This document shows, in pieces, positions 29,359 through 38,597 of a DNA stretch of 64,000 nt. The notes under the pieces are model-generated. The model was not told the origin of the DNA and searched no databases. It saw only the letters and a list, made by a program, of their open reading frames with translations. The stretch is taken from contig LRSL01000076.1 of assembly GCA_001563335.1 (NCBI GenBank), forward strand, positions 23,225 through 87,224, written 5' to 3'. The stretch is from Candidatus Thorarchaeota archaeon SMTZ1-45 (lineage in GTDB: Archaea > Asgardarchaeota > Thorarchaeia > Thorarchaeales > Thorarchaeaceae). Position 1 is the stretch's first letter, and every line of letters starts with the position of its first letter. The position numbers were made by a program, and so were the translations under genes.

Positions 29359-29373
29359 TTCTCTTGAGTGAAA

Positions 29374-29392
29374 TGGGGGCCTGTTGCCCCCA
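29374..29392. terminator. Hairpin between convergent genes
   Basis: TGGGGGC-CTGTT-GCCCCCA with a T-run shortly after. Confidence 0.55.
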
Positions 29393-29402
29393 ATGACCTT
29401 TT

Positions 29403-30902
29403 TTAATCTGATTTACTAAGTTGATTTGCTAATCTATCTGAAGTCAGCTGTAAAAATTCATTCAAGTGAGTCTTCTGAATGAACGCTCCTGCAGCCATGG
29501 GATGTCCTCCAGCTTCGGCAACCAATGCACCAATTCTCTCATTAAGCATGTCTGCAACTTCTACAAATACTTCTTTGAGATTCACACCAATTTCTACAAG
29601 TTGTTTGTGAGCTCGACCAGATAACTTAGCCAAGGGACTATCATCAGTTGTGTTTGTACTGATCCCGATAACTGGTTTATTTATTGGGATAATCATAGAT
29701 CCTTGCGCCATACCGATTACAATACCAATTATAGTATCAGGAGTATCTGGATCATCAACAACATACATACCCTGCATCTCAATGTAACCATCCTCCTCGA
29801 GGCGTCGGAGTGCACTTGCTAGGTTCACTCTATGTTGTTGAAGTAGCGTTGTTCCTTCAGCAAAAGCCTCAGAGTCTTGCATACATACTCTTACTCCTAC
29901 TTCTGGACGTCTGTTTCTTCCACACGCATTCAATAGCGTTGAGAATTCCTTTGCGCTTCGCATCTCCGTCTTTGGGGGTCTATGAGTGAGTACAATGGTA
30001 TCACCAATTATTCCCTGAGCGATACTTGGATCATCATAATGCTCAAGAACTACTTGGATGACGCCTTGAATTGCTATTTGTTTCTCCTCTGATTCAAGGT
30101 CCACCCATGTCCTCCACTCATCCCCAGCCTTAAGGTCAATGCTGAGGTTCTGAAAGAATGCATAACATGCCTCCTCAGATCCAGTTAATCCAGGAAGGTA
30201 CGGGTCTGTCGCATATTGAAGAAGATATGGTAAAGGTCGAGTGTGAATACCAAAGAAAGTGAGGTCTCTAACAACTTGGAGGTATCCATATGTTTCTCCT
30301 AATTCTACTATTTTTCTATTGAGTCCAACAAAACCTCTTCCATAGTAATCTTGCAGGTCTCCAGTAGCTCCCACAATAGCCAACTCTGTTAGGTCTATAT
30401 TCTTATTCGAAACAAAGAGAGCAAGAAGAAAAGCTGTTCCCGCTCCTGAAAGGTCATAACTTCCACTTATGCCATGCTGCCAAGGATTGATTTCTATTAT
30501 TTTAGATGATACAGCTTGTTGAGTTGACTCCACGGAATCATCAGACGGTAAATGATGGTCAAGAATGATCACAGAGTTGACACTATCAATATCGTGTACG
30601 TGATTCATTACCAACTCCATTTGACCAGTTCCAAAGTCGCTGAAAATCACCAAATCTGGTCCATAATTTCGAATATTCTCCTCAATTTGAATAATAGATT
30701 CAGAATTGATTTGGTGAACATTCTTCCACTCAAAGTCTTTTTTTTCTCGCTCCAACATAATTGAGATTATAGCAAGAGCAGAGATACCATCCGCATCTAT
30801 GTGTGAGAAAGCAAAGACCCTTCTTGCCCTCTTAACTTCTTTAGCAGCTTTAAGAAGTAACTTCCCCATTGACTCTGGTATAGACTCGTATAGGCTCTCC
30901 AT
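29403..30902 (-). CDS. Archaeal RecJ-like DHH phosphoesterase (GAN/Cdc45-related)
   Basis: HIDADG, SDFG, DHH, GATGD, EFSTLLNACGR, DHHA1 GGHPMAAG. Confidence 0.9.
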   Translation of the reverse strand: MESLYESIPESMGKLLLKAAKEVKRARRVFAFSHIDADGISALAIISIMLEREKKDFEWKNVHQINSESIIQIEENIRNYGPDLVIFSDFGTGQMELVMNHVHDIDSVNSVIILDHHLPSDDSVESTQQAVSSKIIEINPWQHGISGSYDLSGAGTAFLLALFVSNKNIDLTELAIVGATGDLQDYYGRGFVGLNRKIVELGETYGYLQVVRDLTFFGIHTRPLPYLLQYATDPYLPGLTGSEEACYAFFQNLSIDLKAGDEWRTWVDLESEEKQIAIQGVIQVVLEHYDDPSIAQGIIGDTIVLTHRPPKTEMRSAKEFSTLLNACGRNRRPEVGVRVCMQDSEAFAEGTTLLQQHRVNLASALRRLEEDGYIEMQGMYVVDDPDTPDTIIGIVIGMAQGSMIIPINKPVIGISTNTTDDSPLAKLSGRAHKQLVEIGVNLKEVFVEVADMLNERIGALVAEAGGHPMAAGAFIQKTHLNEFLQLTSDRLANQLSKSD

Positions 30903-30977
30903 TTTTCCCAGTAGAGTGTCTATACATGCAGAATATAAGTTGGGTGCTCTTTTATAGCGAGTAAGAAAAGGTCGAAG

Positions 30978-31319
30978 TTATTCAGTCACTCTCATTGCTC
31001 TTGATAGTGCAAGAAATATTACTAGAAACACACTCGCAACAGCAGCCAGTGTCTTTGCCACTTTTTGCCACATTTTCAGAGGAATCTCCATTTCTCTTAG
31101 TTCATTTTTGATCTTCCTTAGATAAACTCGTGTTTCTGTGTATAGCGCGTCTTGATCATCCATCTTAGAAGAATATTGAGCCCAACTTTCATACAGTGGT
31201 GATTCTGGTTTTTGCTTGAGCCATTCATCCCAAAGCTGAAGAATTTCATCGCGATGTGGTGAAGGGAATCCCTTGATTGTTTCCCGGATTCGATTCTCCC
31301 AATCATCTGGCATTCTCAT
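30978..31319 (-). CDS. Hypothetical protein with C-terminal TM helix
   Basis: 113 aa helical protein with tail anchor, GAGGTG ribosome-binding site upstream on the minus strand. Confidence 0.7.
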   Translation of the reverse strand: MRMPDDWENRIRETIKGFPSPHRDEILQLWDEWLKQKPESPLYESWAQYSSKMDDQDALYTETRVYLRKIKNELREMEIPLKMWQKVAKTLAAVASVFLVIFLALSRAMRVTE

Positions 31320-31488
31320 ATATGTGCACCTCTTTTATTCCCGGCAGAGGGTTACTAGAGTGTTACTTTGTTTATTATTAAGTTTTGACTGGTTTTTGTT
31401 TAATTTGTCATTTCGCGCGCGGAATTCCTTTTTATTTAAATATGGCTATTTTTTGTCTTCAAATCAGACCAAACAGGCAACTATTGTT

Positions 31489-32013
31489 CTATCTCATTTT
31501 TGAGATATCTTTGCTCCATTCCTTAATATCAGTTCGAAGTTTTGACAAATCTGCTGGACTTATTGTGTCCACTCTTCCGTAGGTTCGGAGGATTCGTGTC
31601 CATCTTTGCATCTTTACAATGATGGCGCTTGCGGCTCCTTTACCTTCGAGGATTTCAGCTGATTCATTGATCTTCTGAGCTAAATCACTGGCAATCACAC
31701 CTTCTCTTACTTGCGTTTCAAGTGTGTCAAGTACTGATTGAAGATTGGACACAGCACTTTTGTCAGCTAAGCTCGGTCCTCCAGCTCCGGCAGCTACAGG
31801 AGCAGCTAGCTCTAGCTCCTTGACAAGTCGTATAATCTCATCAAGTCTCTCTGTGTTTGCATTGACTGCAAGAGTGAGCTCTGATGTGTTCTCTTGAACC
31901 TCAGTGATAGCTGAGATGACCTCAATCATTCTATTTAACATCTGAGTGAGTCTCTCGATAGCTCCATTAATGTCTGTGAGTTTTGCTCTGATGTATGTGT
32001 CTTCTTCGCTCAT
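31489..32013 (-). CDS. Coiled-coil hypothetical protein
   Basis: N-terminal heptad-rich helix, A/G/P linker, helical C-domain. Confidence 0.7.
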   Translation of the reverse strand: MSEEDTYIRAKLTDINGAIERLTQMLNRMIEVISAITEVQENTSELTLAVNANTERLDEIIRLVKELELAAPVAAGAGGPSLADKSAVSNLQSVLDTLETQVREGVIASDLAQKINESAEILEGKGAASAIIVKMQRWTRILRTYGRVDTISPADLSKLRTDIKEWSKDISKMR

Positions 32014-32206
32014 TGTATTATCCCCGAATAAGAGAGCGCCTTTCCTGGCATGTAATGTCAGGTCTTTCCAATGTTTGAAGATTAAGCTTTCTGTGTTGTT
32101 TAATACGGAAGTCTATTTTCTTTCAAGTCCATAACCGAATACTAATATCTACTTTGTTGATTTTTGGGTTCTAATATGGAGATTAAATTGGGAGGTCTAC
32201 AGCATC

Positions 32207-32557
32207 GTGTATGTCATTAATTATAAAGAACGAGAAGAAACTTATGTTGAATTAGCTGGTTCAAAGAATGTTATGATGCGCTGGCTTGTTGGTAGAAGGA
32301 CTGGGGCAAAGACATACGCTATGCGTCATTTTGAGGTAAAACCTGGTGGAATAATCCCTCTACATTCACATCATGAAGAACATGAAATCTTTGTCCTGGA
32401 AGGAGAGGCTAAAGTCCTTGGTGATGTTGAAGGCTTAATTGCAAAAAAAGATGATGTCGTTTATGTTCCATCAGATTTGCCGCATGGTTATGACAATACA
32501 AAAGGTACGAAACCTTTTCGTTTCATTTGTGTAATTCCACTTCTCGAAAAAGAGTAG
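32207..32557 (+). CDS. Cupin domain protein
   Basis: PGG.IPLHSHHEEHEIFVLEG and VPSDLPHGY. Confidence 0.92.
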   Translation: MYVINYKEREETYVELAGSKNVMMRWLVGRRTGAKTYAMRHFEVKPGGIIPLHSHHEEHEIFVLEGEAKVLGDVEGLIAKKDDVVYVPSDLPHGYDNTKGTKPFRFICVIPLLEKE

Positions 32558-32605
32558 GTACTTTTTTCTTTGTGACTACACATTCGTGAAGGTGGAGCTG
32601 ATATC

Positions 32606-33412
32606 ATGAATCTGCGTGATAAAAAACTCTGGGTCTTTGATGTTGATAATACGTTAATTCATGATGTTGAGCATCCCACTCCCTTCGATGATGCTTTGAA
32701 GTTGTGGAATGCACTGATCGAAAAAGGATACAATGTCGCGATTCTTACGAATGTTGGTCGACTTTCATCTCGACAAGTCTACCAGGCAATTTCAAAAGCT
32801 GGTTTCAAGATACCTGTAGAACAAGTTTTCACTGCTGGTGCAGCAGCCGCTGCTTATGTACACAACAGAGCACCAGGAGCAAGATGTTTCGTAATTGGCG
32901 AAGGTGGGGCTCAGGAAGACTTTATCGCAAGGGGCTTAGACGTTACTAATAATCCGCCAATTGATTTTGTCGCAGTTGCTGCTGACCGAGGGATGACATT
33001 TCAGGAGCTTAATTTTGCCACTAGAATGGTCAAAGAAGGAGCCCAACTAATCTGTATTAGTGGAAGTAAGGACTATCCTGGAATCTATCTAGGGACTGAA
33101 GATACTTTCATAGGTGAGCGGTCTATTGTAGCTGCGATAGAACATGCTACTGGTGTGGATTCTGTCGTTGTTGGAAAACCACTTCCAGAGATTCTCATTG
33201 AAACTGTAAAGGTTCTTGGATACAAAACCTCGGACTCTGTAATGGTTGGTGATAATCCAAAATCTGATATTGCTGGTGGGAATGCGGCAGGGATGACTAC
33301 AATCTTGGTTAAGCGAGACCCTAATAACATTGTGGCTTTTGAATCAGAGGATTATGATAGCACACCAACAATCACTGTAGAATCTCTTGAAGAGTTAATA
33401 TCACAAATATAG
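32606..33412 (+). CDS. HAD-IIA hydrolase (NagD-like)
   Basis: FDVDNTL, LTN, GKP, MVGDNPKSDIAGG. Confidence 0.92.
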   Translation: MNLRDKKLWVFDVDNTLIHDVEHPTPFDDALKLWNALIEKGYNVAILTNVGRLSSRQVYQAISKAGFKIPVEQVFTAGAAAAAYVHNRAPGARCFVIGEGGAQEDFIARGLDVTNNPPIDFVAVAADRGMTFQELNFATRMVKEGAQLICISGSKDYPGIYLGTEDTFIGERSIVAAIEHATGVDSVVVGKPLPEILIETVKVLGYKTSDSVMVGDNPKSDIAGGNAAGMTTILVKRDPNNIVAFESEDYDSTPTITVESLEELISQI

Positions 33413-33456
33413 GCAACTCGCAATACTCAAAGGGACGGTAGCGAAATACCTCATTC

Positions 33457-34149
33457 ATGACGCATTTGGAAAGACCGAATATTCGTTTCGAAGTAGACAG
33501 ACCTGGACTCAGTGTTGGAATGGTCATACTTAAGGACATTAAGGTTGGTCAATCTACTTCATCATTCGAAATGTATGAGATGGAAACATTCAAAGAAATT
33601 CGGTCTAGCATGACACTCGAGGAAGCGAAGGACGATCCAATTTTCCGGTCGTATCGAGACCTCTACTGGACTTTTGGTATGGATCCAACAAAGCTTCGTG
33701 TGTCCAGTGAGGCAGTTCTACGTAGAATTCTCAAGGGCTTGAATCTATGGCGAATATCTGACATTGTAGATATTATCAACCTTGCATCAGCTTATCACAA
33801 GATACCAATCGGTCTTATCGACGCATCAAAGTTGAAAGGGAACCTTGTTATTCGAACAGCGAGCAAGGGGGAAGTATTCCAAAGGATTGGAGGAAAGACA
33901 ATCGTCTGTCGAGGACGAGAAATTGTCGTAGCAGATGACGAGAAGATAGTATGTTTTGGCTATGCTACTCATGACTCAGAGCGTACGATGATCACTAAGA
34001 CGAGTAAAAGAGTTCTTGTCCTTCTTTATGGAGCCAAGGGAGTTTCAAAACCAATGATGAATGAAGCATTGAGAATAACACTTGATATGATTGACCAATG
34101 GTTGGACTGCAAAGTTTCTGAACCATTGATTTTCGATTCAGAATCTTAA
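33457..34149 (+). CDS. Stand-alone B3/B4 (PheRS editing-like) domain protein
   Basis: YRDLYWTFGMDPTKLRVSSEAVLRR, IVDIINLAS, PIGLID. Confidence 0.85.
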   Translation: MTHLERPNIRFEVDRPGLSVGMVILKDIKVGQSTSSFEMYEMETFKEIRSSMTLEEAKDDPIFRSYRDLYWTFGMDPTKLRVSSEAVLRRILKGLNLWRISDIVDIINLASAYHKIPIGLIDASKLKGNLVIRTASKGEVFQRIGGKTIVCRGREIVVADDEKIVCFGYATHDSERTMITKTSKRVLVLLYGAKGVSKPMMNEALRITLDMIDQWLDCKVSEPLIFDSES

Positions 34150-36113
34150 AACTCTAGAAATGGCTGCCCAAGGATTATTCTCTCGAGTAGGCTATTCTTA
34201 CTCGCTTTATTCACCATCTGTTCGAATTCTTTCTTTAATCGATTTTCATCAACATATTCTGGTTCCTTGATACCCATACTATTGACAACCATCTTGAGCA
34301 TATACTCAAACTCATAGATGAGGTAGTCTTCCTTTCGAGTTTTGCCCTTTCTTGTCACTTCTTTCTTGACCTTCTTGGCCAATCCTTGTTTGATTGCCTC
34401 CCTTGTTTCAGTCAAATAGAATGACATCGATTTCTCATAATGCAGCTCCCCTCTTGTGACGAGTTCCTTCAAGAATGGCAAGCCAAAAGTCCTTCTAGCA
34501 ATTGCTTCAATCCTAGCGACAAATCCATTGATGATATCTTCATAGGAGAGCAGTCCTGCTTGCCCTCGTGTTTCAAAGACCTTGTCTGTAACCTTTGCAG
34601 ACTTGAACTTCTCCTTCTTCTCAGCTAGAAGTTTCTCTCTCTCTAGGCGGGCTGCTTCATCTGCTTTTCTTTTCTCCTCCTCCAGACGTTTTCTTTCAGC
34701 CTCTTTCTTTGCCTCCTCAATCTTCTTCAGTTTCTCTTGTCTGGCTTTCTCCCTCTCAGCAGCCTCTTGTTTTTCTCGTGCTATGCGTTCCTCCTCGAGC
34801 TTCTTGAGGATTTTCTCTTGCTCTGTCCTCAATTTTTGCATATGAGTCTGAACATCCTTCTCAGTAAGTGTGATGTGTTTTGTGAGAAGCCAACGAACAC
34901 CTATGTGATTCACTTTGGGTTTAAGGTCCGCGGAGGAGAAGATGAAGCTGGCAGTTTGCTGGCCTGGAAGTTGAGTTATGATTTCTTCTGATTCTTTTTC
35001 ACCAGCAATTGGCTCTAATATTCGTTCGAGAACCTTTAGTGATTGCTCGCTACTAATTCTGCCTGCTGAAATTGTGTTGAATTGTTCGAATGCTTTGTAA
35101 TCAATATCTTTTGGGCTTTGAGTGGCAATAAGACACTCGACACCATATTTCCGTGCTTGTCGGAAAAGTAGTAGAAATGTTTCCTTGGGCCCTGGAGCTC
35201 TCATTCCTGCGGGAATGAATGGAGCCGCTTCATCTTGGAAAATCATCATACGTGGCTTCTCAGTAAAGCCTTGTCTTAGCATCCATGAGTATAACTGATT
35301 TAGAACAATTGCAATGAAGAAATGTTTCTCTTCTTCGCTCCTTAGTGTTTTGAGAAAAATAACATTGATTGGGGTCTTACCATTAACCGGTTGAGTTAGA
35401 TAATCAAAATCTATCTCACCTTCTTCTTTGAAGAGGAGTTGCGAAGAACCGACTGTAAGACTTCTTATTCGAGTCGCTAAAGTTTGTCTCTCAGAGAACT
35501 TCATAAAAGGTTCAAGATCGACTCCTACCGTTTCTTTATCTGCAACTAACATATCCGCTAATTCTGATAATTCATCAATCTCAGTCTTCTCGTCTTCCCA
35601 TATTGTTCTAAGAAGTTCATATATTGCTGCAAATGACTTTCCTTCCCAAGACCTTGACAGGCCTGAAACTTTCATCAGTACCTTGACTAGAGTCCTTGCT
35701 GAGTTATCTAGGAGTCGAATAATGTCATCTTGATCTGCATTTCTATCAGGAAGCTTCAATGGATTGATAGAGATGGCTAGTCCTTTGCTACTTGCGGGTG
35801 TATAGACTCTGACCAGAACTTTATCCATATACTCTTTGAGTCTTTCAGGTGGAACACCTTTCTCCGAAAGTTCCTTGGGATCGCCTGGTATCATTAGGGA
35901 TGCAATGTCACCTTGTGGATCGAATGCAAGAATTGGAATTCCTTGCATAGCTGCTTCTTCTAAGATACACTTTGAGAGAACAGTCTTGCCCGATCCAGTC
36001 GAACCGAAAACTCCTCCATGTCGTCTAAGGAGATCAACACTCACTTCAAATTTTTCATCGGTTCGTTTTCCTTGCTCATCAAGCTTGTATCCTAACCAGA
36101 GTTTGTCACCCAT
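34146..36113 (-). CDS. HerA/FtsK-superfamily ATPase (DUF87/DUF853-like) with long charged helix
   Basis: RHGGVFGSTGSGKT, DPQGD, IFQDEA, RQARKYG, ATQSP. Start ATG 36113 (MGDKLWLG). Confidence 0.85.
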   Translation of the reverse strand: MGDKLWLGYKLDEQGKRTDEKFEVSVDLLRRHGGVFGSTGSGKTVLSKCILEEAAMQGIPILAFDPQGDIASLMIPGDPKELSEKGVPPERLKEYMDKVLVRVYTPASSKGLAISINPLKLPDRNADQDDIIRLLDNSARTLVKVLMKVSGLSRSWEGKSFAAIYELLRTIWEDEKTEIDELSELADMLVADKETVGVDLEPFMKFSERQTLATRIRSLTVGSSQLLFKEEGEIDFDYLTQPVNGKTPINVIFLKTLRSEEEKHFFIAIVLNQLYSWMLRQGFTEKPRMMIFQDEAAPFIPAGMRAPGPKETFLLLFRQARKYGVECLIATQSPKDIDYKAFEQFNTISAGRISSEQSLKVLERILEPIAGEKESEEIITQLPGQQTASFIFSSADLKPKVNHIGVRWLLTKHITLTEKDVQTHMQKLRTEQEKILKKLEEERIAREKQEAAEREKARQEKLKKIEEAKKEAERKRLEEEKRKADEAARLEREKLLAEKKEKFKSAKVTDKVFETRGQAGLLSYEDIINGFVARIEAIARRTFGLPFLKELVTRGELHYEKSMSFYLTETREAIKQGLAKKVKKEVTRKGKTRKEDYLIYEFEYMLKMVVNSMGIKEPEYVDENRLKKEFEQMVNKASKNSLLERIILGQPFLEF

Positions 36114-36184
36114 GTCAAACACCAAACATCCTGCTATCGATTTTTTAGTTTTAAGAGCCTTTCCACGATAAAAAAGAGATGAAG

Positions 36185-36206
36185 TGGATGGGGAAAACCC
36201 CATCCA
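36185..36206 (-). terminator. Hairpin after the 36217..36846 gene
   Basis: TGGATGGGG-AAAA-CCCCATCCA, with a T-run following on the minus strand. Confidence 0.6.
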
Positions 36207-36216
36207 ACTTGGGTTT

Positions 36217-36846
36217 TTATTCTCCAACTGGTTCGTATCTTCTACCTAAGAAGAATACAATTACAACAACTAGTACTACAGCTAATAGAAACAGAGCTCC
36301 TGACGCCCATCCATATGACCAGGTGTTTTTGATTATACTCATTAGAAGGTAGACGCCTGCCATGATTACACCTAAAACAAGTGAAACCAGCATGAACCGT
36401 GAGGTCATTTCCTTCACTTGTCCTGTTTCAGCACCCTCTGCAATCTTACTTCCAAAGAATACAAACACAAAGAGGAAGATGTATGCGATCACAATCATGG
36501 TCCCCATGTCAAACAGGTAACCTTGAGTGACTTCATCCGCATCAATACCTTCAAGCATTCCAAAGGTGAGTAAAGTTCCTAGGGCATGAATGTAAACAAG
36601 CATATTAGATAACAGCTTATCATCGGGATGCACAAATCCTGTCATTTCAGTGAATGTGTTGATTATACTGATAATCAAAACAACTCCTAGAATACCAAGT
36701 GCTCCAATCCATATGTAGAACGGATACTGCATTTGCTCAGGAGTTGCAGATAGTGATTCAAGCAGATATTTCACACCAATAGTAACACCAAGCAGTGTTA
36801 GTCCAATTCCAGAAAGGAAGTTGCCAATAGTCGTAAGCCTAACCAT
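36217..36846 (-). CDS. Six-TM hypothetical membrane protein
   Basis: Six hydrophobic helices, with an RBS-like GGGGAG upstream. Confidence 0.75.
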   Translation of the reverse strand: MVRLTTIGNFLSGIGLTLLGVTIGVKYLLESLSATPEQMQYPFYIWIGALGILGVVLIISIINTFTEMTGFVHPDDKLLSNMLVYIHALGTLLTFGMLEGIDADEVTQGYLFDMGTMIVIAYIFLFVFVFFGSKIAEGAETGQVKEMTSRFMLVSLVLGVIMAGVYLLMSIIKNTWSYGWASGALFLLAVVLVVVIVFFLGRRYEPVGE

Positions 36847-36936
36847 ATTTGACTCTCCCCTGTCGGAGTATCTGAAGGCTCACTGTGCCTAGTTTCTATT
36901 AACTCTTTGCAATATCTCAGAAAGCATGTAATCTCT

Positions 36937-38145
36937 TTAATCATACGTGTGAATGACTGGTGCTGCTTCCTTGAGGAAATAGGTACCAATGCATGCAACT
37001 GCAATTAGAGCTGCTACTAAGATAGCTAAGCCAAGGAGACTTCCCATTTCATATGCAATTTGGCCTGCTAATGGTCCAATGATCATCCCTGAGCCAAAGA
37101 AGATACTATACACACCCATAGTGCTTCCCCGAGCCTCTTCACTTGAAATATCAGTGAGATAAGCCATAGCCGCAGGAGGGAAAGATCCCGCAACGAATCC
37201 TAGAATTGGTAATAAAGGCCAAATCGACCAGACAGCTGAGAAATTTTCTGAATTTGCGACGAGAATATATGAAAGGGCACCAAATCCAATAAGACCCACA
37301 ACAATGAATGGTCTTCTTTTCATTAGGTGATCTGAGAGATGTCCCATCGTAATGATTCCCAGAATTAGCGAAATCCCAAGCATAGCAAAGATGACTAGCA
37401 TATCAAACTCTGTGAGTGAGAAGTGTTCCTCAATTATTTGTTTCAGTTTTGAAATCATGAGACCATATAGAGAGATTATTGGTACGTAGACTGGTAGCAT
37501 AAGTTGGATTCTTCGATCACCTGCAACCTCCTTCAAAAGAGCAGTCATGCTTACCTCAGTTTTTGAAACCACTCGAGTTTCCTTAATTAGAAAGAGTGCA
37601 AGAAAACCACTAATTGTGCATGCTCCTGCGGCGGCAAATAGAAGTATGTGAGGCTCCCACCCGAATTCCAATAATAGAATTCCCAGACCAAAACCACCAG
37701 CAAGTCCTACTAGGGTCGACAGGTCATAATATCCCATTAATCGTGCTCGATTGAATTCTGAAGAAGCATCGGCAATCATTGAGAGAGTAGTGGTGACCTT
37801 TGATGCTGCACCTATACCAAAGAGAACAGCTAGAATGTACGCAAGAAACTCAAAAGAAGCAATCCCAAACAGAAAGGCTGCTAGTCCTGTAAGGAATAGA
37901 CTTGCAACAAAAATGGGTTTTCTTCCAATCTTATCGCTATATGTGCCAAAGAATGAAACTGTGCTCAACTCTGATATTGGATAGATGATGAGAATAAGAG
38001 TAACACTCCATCCTTGCAAGATGCCACCCATGTATGCGTTACTCGAGATTACAGCTATTGTCACGTAGAACGATGCTCGCATTATCAATGTCACAATATA
38101 TAGCATCATTAAGGTCAGGAAATGACCAGATTTTCTAAGTCCCAT
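36937..38145 (-). CDS. MFS transporter
   Basis: Motif A GTYSDKIGRK, repeated GHLSDHLMKRR, about 12 TM. Confidence 0.92.
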   Translation of the reverse strand: MGLRKSGHFLTLMMLYIVTLIMRASFYVTIAVISSNAYMGGILQGWSVTLILIIYPISELSTVSFFGTYSDKIGRKPIFVASLFLTGLAAFLFGIASFEFLAYILAVLFGIGAASKVTTTLSMIADASSEFNRARLMGYYDLSTLVGLAGGFGLGILLLEFGWEPHILLFAAAGACTISGFLALFLIKETRVVSKTEVSMTALLKEVAGDRRIQLMLPVYVPIISLYGLMISKLKQIIEEHFSLTEFDMLVIFAMLGISLILGIITMGHLSDHLMKRRPFIVVGLIGFGALSYILVANSENFSAVWSIWPLLPILGFVAGSFPPAAMAYLTDISSEEARGSTMGVYSIFFGSGMIIGPLAGQIAYEMGSLLGLAILVAALIAVACIGTYFLKEAAPVIHTYD

Positions 38146-38221
38146 TCTTTTGGTCTCCGCGTAATGTAGGTCTGGCCGATGCGTTAGCGTTTATAAGCTT
38201 GGTAGGTGCAACAATTGAACT

Positions 38222-38584
38222 ATGGCTGGCAGTAGGATTTCAGGGGACATTGGTTCAACAGAGTATGTATACCTCTCACTCTATAGGCTAAGAATCATGG
38301 ATGATGAAGACAAGAAGAAGTGGTTCAAATCTTGGAGAGAGATAAGAGGTCAATTACCAAAAGGTATGAAGATTGTTACTGAAGCGACAAGTGCATTTGG
38401 AACAGAATACACTGGGTTTACAGTTTATGAAGGACCTCTTGAGAAATTCCAAGAGCTTGTTGATAAAATCGAAGAATATTCAGCAGGGTTTGTTGAAAAG
38501 TCCCTGACTATTATTGGAACGAAGGGACTCTCTCTTCCAACTGCCGAGTTTCAAAAGATACTCGATGGGCGACCAGTAGATTAA
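38222..38584 (+). CDS. Hypothetical protein
   Basis: 120 aa ORF with alpha/beta pattern, no family recognised. Confidence 0.6.
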   Translation: MAGSRISGDIGSTEYVYLSLYRLRIMDDEDKKKWFKSWREIRGQLPKGMKIVTEATSAFGTEYTGFTVYEGPLEKFQELVDKIEEYSAGFVEKSLTIIGTKGLSLPTAEFQKILDGRPVD

Positions 38585-38597
38585 GAGGGTCATAGGA

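Noticed and set aside
31421-31434. TTTCGCGCGCGGAA resembling a eukaryotic E2F site
   Set aside because: Single short occurrence with no cognate factor in the window; chance is sufficient.
34146-36113. HerA-like ATPase as an anti-phage defence system
   Set aside because: No Sir2, nuclease or other effector adjacent; neighbours are housekeeping genes.
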